The translations under genes were made by a program, and so were the position numbers. The notes under the pieces are model-generated. The model saw only the letters and a program-made list of their open reading frames with translations. It did not search any database and was not told the origin of the DNA. From contig JAPMXV010000015.1 of assembly GCA_026936335.1 (NCBI GenBank), positions 280,481 to 344,480 on the forward strand: DNA of 64,000 nt, in the 5' to 3' direction. Of the stretch, positions 56,126-64,000 are shown one piece after another; the stretch's first letter is position 1; the number at the start of each line of letters is the position of its first letter. Source of the DNA: Mantamonas sphyraenae STR306 (taxonomy: Eukaryota; Protista; CRuMs).

Positions 56126-59100
56126 TCATTCGAGGCGTTGGCGTTTGGAGGAGGAGGAGGAGGAGGAGGAGGAGGATGAGGAGGAGGAGGAGAGGTCTTT
56201 GCGCTTGGGAAGGGTGAAGGAGGGGATGGGGTAGGCGTTGACGAGTGCGACAGTGGTGGGGCGGGTGGTGATGTAGGGTGTGATGCGGTCGATGAGGGTG
56301 TGGAGGAGGGTGTGCAGTGTGGCGTCGCTGGGTTTGGGGGTGTCGAGCCAGGCGATTTTGAGGGAGAGGGAGGTGACGCCGCGGGTGAGGGTGTGGCTGA
56401 TGGTAGTGGCAACTAGTTGGTAGGTGAGTTGTGGCCTGAGGAGGCGGACAAAGAAGGCCAGGTCGACAGGCGGCACGCCCACGTTGCCCAGCGCCAGGAT
56501 GATGTGTCGCAACAGGGACAGCTTGCTGCCGTTGTTGATCAGCTCACGCAGTGCCTGGTGCTCGTGTTTGTGCTGATGGAGAGGGTGCTGGGCTGCGCGT
56601 GCCTTCATGTGTGCCAGCAGCTTCTGGAACTCTCGCGCCGTGCAGCTGCCACGCTCGTCGCTGAGACGGCTGCTCCAGCCACTGCGGACAGACTCGGGAT
56701 GCCACTTGTCCACCTTGGTGGTGGCGAGGTGGTGGTCGTAGTCGCATTGTGTCCAGTGTGGGACACTGTCGTTGTCAGCAGGGCGTCGTGCTTCCTGCAG
56801 CCGCAGCTGGGTCTGCTTGTGCTCCTTCCAGGTGCTGGGATGGGGCCTGTCGCCGAGAGTGTCCATCTCTGTCATGAGCAGATGAAAGAGGGCGTAGTTG
56901 GGGTCGCCGTGGTCGTGTGGCTCCTCCAGCCAGCACACCTTCAACCCAGCCTTTGTCACACCCATGGCCAAACCAGCGTTGGTGATGGCAACGATGCACG
57001 CATGTTGATCCATGTCACGGCCGAGAAGGGTGAGGCAGAAGGCCATGTCGCCCTGGGAGAGGGGAATGTTACCCAGAGCGAGCTGAATCTGTTGGGCCAG
57101 CGTGGTCGTAGTGCCATGGCAGACCACAACACGCGCCTGCAGGGTCATGAGGTCGGAGATGTCGTCGATGGGATGCTCGTTCGCCAGGGTGTGCATGCGG
57201 TTCAGCAATGCCGTGTGCTCCTTCTTGTTGCTGTGCATGCGCTCGCTCTTGCGCCAGTACGTCCACCCACTGCGCACAACGCCATCTGGCAGTCCATCCT
57301 CCACGGCCACCACTTCCTCCTCTGTTGGCTCGGGAAGAACAAGATTGGGGATGCGGAAGGCGTTGACGAGTGCGAAAGTGGTGGGGCGGGTGGTGATGTG
57401 GGGTGTGATGCGGTCGATGAGGGTGTGGAGGAGGGTGTGCAATGTGGCGTCGCTGGGTTGGGGTTTGTCAAGCCAGGCGATCTTGAGGGAGAGGGAGGTG
57501 ACGCCGCGGGTGAGGGTGGCGCTGATGGCATTTTGCACCTTCCTGTAGGTGAGCTGTGGCCTGAGGAGGCGGACAAAGAAGGCCAAGTCGACAGACGGCA
57601 CGCCAACGTTGCCCAGCGCCAGGATGATGTGTCGCACCAGGGACTGCAGGTTGCCGTTGTTGATCAGCTCACGCAGTGCATGGTGCTCGTTTGCGTGTTG
57701 ATGGCGAGGGTGCTTGGCTGCGCGTGCCTTCATGTGTGCCAGCAGCGTCTGGAACTCCTGCTCAGTGCAGCTGCCACGCTCGTCTGCGGTGTTGCTCCAG
57801 CCACTGCGCACAGACTCAGGGTGCCAATTGTCCATCTTGGTGGTGGTGAGGTGGTGGTCGTAGTCGCATTGTGTCCAGTGTGGGTCGCTGTCGTTGTCAG
57901 CAGGGCGTCGTGCTTTCTGCAGCCACAGCTGGGTCTGCTCGTGCTCCTTCCAGGTGCTGGGATGGGTCCTGTCGCCGAGAGTGTCCATCTCTGTCATGAG
58001 CAGGTGGAGGAGGGCGTAGTTGGGGTCGCCGTGGTCGTGTGGCTCCTCCAGCCAGCACGCCTTCAACCCAGCCTTTGTCACACCCATGGCCAGACCAGCG
58101 TGAGGGATGGCACTGCTGCACGCCTGTTGATCCATGTCACGGCCGAGAAGGGTGAGGCAGAGGGCCACGTCGCCCTGGGAGAGGGGAATGTTGCCCAGAG
58201 CGAGCTGAATCTGTCGGACCAGCGCCAACAGGCTGCCATGGCAGACCACAACACGCGCCTGCAGGGTCATCAGATCGGGAATGTTGTTGATAGGATGGTC
58301 ATTGGCCAGGGTGTGCATGTGGTTCAGCAGTGCCGTGTGCTCCTTCTTGTTGCTGTGGCTACGCTCGTCGCTGATTCCCGCTGTCCACCCTTTGCGCACA
58401 ACGCCATCTGGCAACTTGTTCTTCTTGTTGACGCCTGGTTTCTTCCGTGCGCCGTTGTCTCCGTTCTTGGCCCTCCTTGCCCGTGTGCTCGACGTTCCTG
58501 TCCCTGTGCCGCTGTCTGCCGTGACCCTGAGCCTGCGCTGTCCGCTGCCTTTCATCGAGTGTGAACCAGTGAGTCGAGTGGCGTGGTTTCCTCGTCGTGT
58601 GCGGCCTCCACTTGTGCGTCTCGGCTGCCATTCGTCCGAGTCCTCCTGCTCCATGTCGTCTGCGTCGTCGTCGCTGTCGTCTTGCGGCAGGTACTGCTCA
58701 TCCATGGCATCGCCAGTGTCTGCAAAGCTGAGTGCGCCCTGAGTTTCCAACTCGTCGTCCACGTGCTGCTGGGGTGCGTCGTTTGCCTCGCCGTCTTCTT
58801 CGTACGCCTCCATCCATGAGCTGGTCATCCACTCTGAGTTACTGGAGATTGACCGTGGTTCACGGTGGCCAAAGTTCAGTACCATCAGGTCCTCCACGTC
58901 GCCGGTGTCTTGTGTGTGCGTGTCTTGGTCTGCGCCGTCGTCGTCGCAGTCTCCAGTCTGCCGTGTGCCCTGGTGGGAGGAGGACGACGATGTGGTGGTG
59001 GATGTGGTCCGTGTGATGCCAACAAAGGCAGGACTGATGCGTTTGGGAACGCGGTTGTGGTTTGTGGTGGGTTGAGCAGGCGGAGGGTGCAACGGAGGCT

Positions 59101-59710
59101 GAGCGAAGCGCATCTGGGCGGTTTGTCGCGGCTGAGGAGGCGGCGGAGGAGGGTAGGCGTAGTATGGGTGGCCTTGATGGGCGTATGCGTGGTGATGCTG
59201 GGAATGGGTGTTGACAGGGACCCAGATGATGGGTGGTTGTGGGTGCTGGTACGGGTTTTGTACGCCTTGGACGGACAGCATGTTCGGAAACGGCTGGGCA
59301 GCCACGGGAGGGACCATGTACCCGTAGCTGTGGGGAACACGGGGATGGGCAGGGCGGAGTGGGAACGGTGAGCGGAAGGCGGAACGGACGCCGTCAGAGC
59401 AGAAGCGGGGGTGCAGGGAGGCTGGAACGAGCAAAGAGGGAAAACGGATGAGATTGGCTGACCGGGAAACTGGCGACGGGGAGGGCAGTGACAGGGGAGA
59501 GGGGATCGGAGAAGAGCGGAGGTGGCAGCAGCGGTGGTGATGGGGAAGTGGAGATGCAGAAGAGGAGTGCAGGGAAGCGACGGAAGCATGGAGGAGGCAT
59601 GAAAGCGGGAAAAGCGGGCAGCCAGAAAACGGAGTGGAAGGCAGAACGCACGCTGGGTAGGTGTTGGGTGTGTGTTGTTGCTTCGGAGTGCTTGAGTGGT
59701 CCTTGTCCAT
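56126..59710 (-). CDS. Subtelomeric repeat-domain protein, copy 1; intron 59651-59328
   Basis: Long ORF with a Pro/Gln/His-rich N-terminus, acidic and basic linkers, two roughly 370-aa modules and a C-terminal KRQRLE. The GTGCGT..CACAG intron is conserved with copy 2. Confidence 0.82.
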   Translation of the reverse strand: MDKDHSSTPKQQHTPNTYPACVLPSTPFSGCPLFPLSCLLHASVASLHSSSASPLPHHHRCCHLRSSPIPSPLSLPSPSPVSRSANLIRFPSLLVPASLHPRFCSDGVRSAFRSPFPLRPAHPRVPHSYGYMVPPVAAQPFPNMLSVQGVQNPYQHPQPPIIWVPVNTHSQHHHAYAHQGHPYYAYPPPPPPQPRQTAQMRFAQPPLHPPPAQPTTNHNRVPKRISPAFVGITRTTSTTTSSSSSHQGTRQTGDCDDDGADQDTHTQDTGDVEDLMVLNFGHREPRSISSNSEWMTSSWMEAYEEDGEANDAPQQHVDDELETQGALSFADTGDAMDEQYLPQDDSDDDADDMEQEDSDEWQPRRTSGGRTRRGNHATRLTGSHSMKGSGQRRLRVTADSGTGTGTSSTRARRAKNGDNGARKKPGVNKKNKLPDGVVRKGWTAGISDERSHSNKKEHTALLNHMHTLANDHPINNIPDLMTLQARVVVCHGSLLALVRQIQLALGNIPLSQGDVALCLTLLGRDMDQQACSSAIPHAGLAMGVTKAGLKACWLEEPHDHGDPNYALLHLLMTEMDTLGDRTHPSTWKEHEQTQLWLQKARRPADNDSDPHWTQCDYDHHLTTTKMDNWHPESVRSGWSNTADERGSCTEQEFQTLLAHMKARAAKHPRHQHANEHHALRELINNGNLQSLVRHIILALGNVGVPSVDLAFFVRLLRPQLTYRKVQNAISATLTRGVTSLSLKIAWLDKPQPSDATLHTLLHTLIDRITPHITTRPTTFALVNAFRIPNLVLPEPTEEEVVAVEDGLPDGVVRSGWTYWRKSERMHSNKKEHTALLNRMHTLANEHPIDDISDLMTLQARVVVCHGTTTTLAQQIQLALGNIPLSQGDMAFCLTLLGRDMDQHACIVAITNAGLAMGVTKAGLKVCWLEEPHDHGDPNYALFHLLMTEMDTLGDRPHPSTWKEHKQTQLRLQEARRPADNDSVPHWTQCDYDHHLATTKVDKWHPESVRSGWSSRLSDERGSCTAREFQKLLAHMKARAAQHPLHQHKHEHQALRELINNGSKLSLLRHIILALGNVGVPPVDLAFFVRLLRPQLTYQLVATTISHTLTRGVTSLSLKIAWLDTPKPSDATLHTLLHTLIDRITPYITTRPTTVALVNAYPIPSFTLPKRKDLSSSSSSSSSSSSSSSKRQRLE

Positions 59711-60016
59711 GATGATAGTGGTGGTATTGGAGTGTATGTGAATTGTGTTGGACTGGTGGAGGGTGTTGTGCGTGTTGGTGATACTTTGGTTGAAGGCGGA
59801 TGGGTGGGGTGCACAGGTGTACGAGGCTAAAGAGACGGGGTTGGTGATGAATGGGGAAGAGAGGGAGGCGATGTTTGCATGTGGAGGGATGGAGGAGTAT
59901 GTGGAGGAGGGAGGGTGGGAAGGGTGGGTGACACCGCCGAATGAGGTGATGGAGAGGGTGGCTGAGTGGGTGGAGAGGGGAGGGTGAGTGGGAAGGTGTG
60001 GGAACGAAGGGGTGGT

Positions 60017-63000
60017 TCATTCCAGGCGCTGGCGTTTCGAGGAGGAGGAGGAGAAGGAGGAGGAGGAGGAGGAAGGGTCTTTGCGCTTGGGCAGGGTGAG
60101 GGAGGGGATGGGGTAGGCGTTGACGAGTGCGACGGTGGTGGGGCGTGTGGTGATGTGGGGTGTGATGCGGTCGATGAGGGTGTGGAGGAGGGTGTGAAGT
60201 GTGGCGTCGCTGGGTTTGGGGTTGTCGAGCCAGGCGATCTTGAGGGAGAGGGAGGTGACACCGCGGGTGAGGATGTTGCTGATGGCATTTTGCACCTTCC
60301 TGTAGGTGAGGCGTGGTCTGAGGAGGCGGACAAAGAAGGCCAGGTCGACGGGCGGCACGCCAACGTTGCCCAGCGCCAGGATGATGTGTCGCACCAGGGA
60401 TTTCAGGTCGCCGTTGTTGATCAGCTCACGCAGAGCATGGTGCTCGTGTGCGTGCCGATGGGGAGGGTGCCTGGCTGCGCGTGCCTTCATGTGTGCCAGC
60501 AGCGTCTGGAACTCCCGCGCTGTGCAGCTGCTCCGCTCGTCTGCGGTCGAGCACCAGCCACTGCGCACGGACACAGGATGCCACTTCTCCACCATGGTGG
60601 TGGTGGGGTGGTGGTCGTAGTCGCATTGTGTCCAGTGTGGGTCGCTGTCGTTGTCAGCAGGGCGTCGTGCTTTCTGCAGCCACAGCTGGGTCTGCTCGTG
60701 CTCCTTCCAGGTGCTGGGATGGGTCCTGTTGCCGAGAGTGTCCATCTCTGTCATGAGGAGGTGAAGGAGGGCGTAGTTGGGGTCGCCGTGGTCGTGTGGC
60801 TCCTCCAGCCAGCACACCTTCAACCCAGCCTTTGTCACACCCATGGCCAGACCAGCGTTGAGGATGGCAAGGCTGCACGTGCGTTGATCCATGTCACGGC
60901 CGAGAAGGGTGAGGCAGAGGGCCATGTCACCCTGGGAGAGGGGAATGTTGCCCAGAGAGAGCTGAATCTGTCGGATCAGCGTGGTCAGGGTGCGATGGCA
61001 GACCACAACACGCGCCTGCAGGGTCATGAGGTCGGGGATGTCTTCAATTGGATGCTCGTTCGCCAGGGTGTGCATGTGGTTCAGCAGTGCCGTGTGCTCC
61101 TTCTTGATGCTGTGGCTGCGCTCGCTCTTGCGCCAGTTTGTCCAGCCACTGCGCACAACGCCATCTGGCAGCCCATCCTCCATGACCACCAACTCCTCCT
61201 CTGTTGGCTCGGGGAGAACAAGTTCGGTGATGCGTAGGGTGTTGACTGCGTCGAAGGTGGTGGGGCGGGTGGTGATGTGGGGTATGATGCGGTCGATGAG
61301 GGTGTGGAGGAGCGTGTGCAGTGTGGCGTCGTTGCGTTTGGGGATGTCGAGCCAGGCGATTTTGAGGGAGAGGGAGGTGACACCGCGAGTCAGGGTGGTG
61401 CTGATGGCATTTTGCACCTTCCTGTAGGTGAGCTGTGGCCTGAGGAGGCGGACAAAGAAGGCCAAGTCGACAGGGGGCACGCCCACGTTGCCCAGCGCCA
61501 GGATGATGTGTCGCACCAGGGACTGCAGGTTGCCGTTGTTGATCAGCTCACGCAGTGCATGGTGCTCGTTTGCGTGTTGATGGCGAGGGTGCTTGGCTGC
61601 GCGTGCCTTCATGTGTGCCAGCAGCGTCTGGAACTCCCGCGCCGTGCAGCTGCCACGCTCGTCTGCGGTGTTGCTCCAGCCACTGCGCACAGACTCAGGG
61701 TGCCAATTGTCCATCTTGGTGGTGGTGAGGTGGTGGTCGTAGTCGCATTGTGTCCAGTGTGGGTCGCTGTCGTTGTCAGCAGGGCGTCGTGCTTTCTGCA
61801 GCCACAGCTGGGTCTGCTCGTGCTCCTTCCAGGTGCTGGGATGGGTCCTGTCGCCGAGAGTGTCCATCTCTGTCATGAGCAGGTGGAGGAGGGCGTAGTT
61901 GGGGTCGCCGTGGTCGTGTGGCTCCTCCAGCCAGCACGCCTTCAACCCAGCCTTTGTCACACCCATGGCCAGACCAGCGTGAGGGATGGCACTGCTGCAC
62001 GCCTGTTGATCCATGTCATGGCCGAGAAGGGTGAGGCAGAAGGCCATGTCGCCTTGGGAGAGGGGAATGTTGCCCAGAGCGAGCTGAATCTGTCGGACCA
62101 GCGCCAACAGGCTGCCATGGCAGACCACAACACGCGCCTGCAGGGTCATCAGATCGGGGATGTCGTCGATAGGATGCTCATTGGCCAGGGTGTGCAGGTG
62201 GTTCAGCAGTGCCGTGTGCTCCTTCTTACTGTGGCTGCGCTCTTCACTGGGTCCCGCTGTCCACCCTTTGCGCACAACTCCATCCGGCAACTTGTTCGTC
62301 TTGTTCACGCCTACTTTCTTCCGTGCGCCGTTGCCTCCGTTCTTGTCACCCCTTGCTCGTGTGCTCGACGTTCCTGTCTCCGTGCCGCTGTCTGCCGTGA
62401 TCCTGCGCCTGCGCTGTCCGCTGCCTTTCTTCTTTTGGGGACCAGTACGTCGGCTGTTGTGGTCTCTGCCTCGTCTGTGGCCTCCACTTGTGCGTCTCGG
62501 CTGCCATTCGTCCGAGTCCTCCTGCTCCATGTCGTCTGCGTCGTCGTCGCTGTCGTCTTGCGGCAGGTACTGCTCATCCATGGCATCGCCAGTGTCTGCA
62601 AAGCTGAGTGCGCCCTGAGTTTCCATCTCGTCGTCCAGGTGCTGCTGGGTTGTGTCGTTTGCCTCGCCGTCTTCTTCGTACGCCTCCATCCATGAGCTGG
62701 TCATCCACTCTGAGTTACTGGAGATTGACCGTGGTTCACGGTGGCCAAAGTTCAGTACCATCAGGTCCTCCACGTCGCCGGTGTCTTGTGTGTGCGTGTC
62801 TTGGTCTGCGCCGTCGTCGTCGCAGTCTCCAGTCTGCCGTGTGCCCTGGTGGGAGGAGGACGACGATGTGGTGGTGGATGTGGTCCGTGTGATGCCAACA
62901 AAGGCAGGACTGATGCGTTTGGGAACGCGGTTGTGGTTTGTGGTGGGTTGAGCAGGCGGAGGGTGCAACGGAGGCTGAGCGAAGCGCATCTGGGCGGTTT

Positions 63001-63588
63001 GTCGCGGCTGAGAAGGCGGCGGAGGAGGGTAGGCGTAGTATGGGTGGCCCAGATGGGCATATGCGTTGTGTTGCCGGGAGTGGGTGTTGACAGGGACCCA
63101 GATGATGGGTGGTTGTGGGTGCTGGTACGGGTTTTGTACGCCAGAGACGGGCAGCATGTTCGGAAACGGCTGGGCAGCCATGGGAGGGACCATGTACGCG
63201 TAGCTGTGCGGGAGACGGGGAGGGGTATGGGTGGGGTGGGAACGGTGAGTGGAAGACGGAATGGACGCCGTCATTGCAGAAGCGGGGGTGAAGGGAGGCT
63301 GGAACGAGCAGAGAGGGGAAAACGGAGGAGATTGGCAGACCGGGAAACTGGCAACGGGGAGGGCAGTGACAGGGGAGAGGGGATCGGAGAAGAGCGGAGA
63401 AGGCAGCAGCGGTGGTGATGGGGAAGTGGAGAAGCAGGGAAGGAGTGCAGGGAAGCGACGGAGGCATGGAGGAGGCAAGGAAGCGGGAGGAGGGGGCAGT
63501 CAGAAAACGGAGTGGAAGGCAGAACGCACGCTGGGTAGGTGTTGGGTGTGTGTTGTTGCTTCGGAGTGGTTGAGTAGTCGTTGTCCAT
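60017..63588 (-). CDS. Subtelomeric repeat-domain protein, copy 2; intron 63529-63204
   Basis: Close paralog of copy 1. Exon 1 (MDNDYSTTPKQQHTPNTYPA) is out of frame with the main ORF unless the 326-nt intron is removed (324 nt in copy 1), which supports both the splice and the start. Confidence 0.85.
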
Positions 63589-63860
63589 GGTGGTGAAGGT
63601 GGTACTGGAGTGTATGCGGATTGTGTTGGACTGGTGGAGGGTGTTGTGGGTGTTGGTGATACTTTGGTTGAAGGCGGATGGGCAGTGCTGACTGCGCAGC
63701 GTTGCAGGACGACGGCCACTCACCAGCGACATTTCCACTCCCACCCATTGCCCACTGCCCCATGTCACCACCCAACTCAGCCACCACACAGCGGACACAA
63801 GCACGACTCAATCGACGTAGACCGGACACACACAAAACACGACAAACCGATAATATAGTA

Positions 63861-64000
63861 TTAGGGTTAGGGTTAGGGTTAGGGTTAGGGTTAGGGTTAG
63901 GGTTAGGGTTAGGGTTAGGGTTAGGGTTAGGGCTAGGGTTAGGGTTAGGGTTAGGGTTAGGGTTAGGGTTAGGGTTAGGGTTAGGTTAGGGTTAGGGTTA
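63861..64000 (+). repeat. Telomeric repeat (TTAGGG)n, right chromosome end
   Basis: About 23 units to the window end, with one CTAGGG and one TTAGG variant. The G-rich strand runs 5' to 3' outward, as expected for a true end. Confidence 0.97.

Larger units (their letters stand above)
55860..63690. repeat. Direct tandem segmental duplication, two units of about 3.9-4.0 kb (about 55860-59810 and 59880-63690)
   Basis: Coding, intron and flanking sequences are colinear, e.g. ggtgatactttggttgaaggcggatggg near 59780 and 63655, and gaggtgatggagagggtg near 55920 and 59945. Confidence 0.9.

Noticed and set aside
56126-63588. Telomere-specific retrotransposon (TART, HeT-A or Penelope type)
   Set aside because: No reverse transcriptase, endonuclease or gag zinc-knuckle motifs, no poly(A) tail, and a spliceosomal intron is present. 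A non-autonomous element cannot be excluded.
63678-63989. ORF ending in poly(LG)
   Set aside because: Translation of the telomeric repeat.

Overview
Gene-dense, GC-rich nuclear DNA from a microbial eukaryote (short GT-AG introns, standard code, very short intergenic spacers). It runs into the right-hand (TTAGGG)n telomere at 63861. About 17 protein genes can be reconstructed. The left third holds housekeeping genes: AP-3 mu adaptin, a PTPDC1-type phosphatase fused to PH and PX domains, a PH-PH-ankyrin protein, an EH-domain endocytic scaffold with two huge coding repeat arrays, taspase-1 and Mps1/TTK kinase. The subtelomeric two-thirds is accessory. It carries three giant modular surface receptors (SBBP beta-propeller, Cys-rich, IPT/filamin, about 9 TM). 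Two of these converge and share a near-identical in-frame 2.09 kb inverted repeat. It also carries a DnaQ 3'-5' exonuclease fused to a Ycf45/SpoIIIAA-type ATPase, a TmcB/C-like PAS sensor extended by a degenerate TauE/SafE transporter domain, and two tandem telomere-proximal genes built from four copies each of an unrecognised, possibly winged-helix, domain. Many genes are broken by single-base indels in short G/C runs, which are most likely assembly errors. All family assignments are by motif recognition only; no searches were run.
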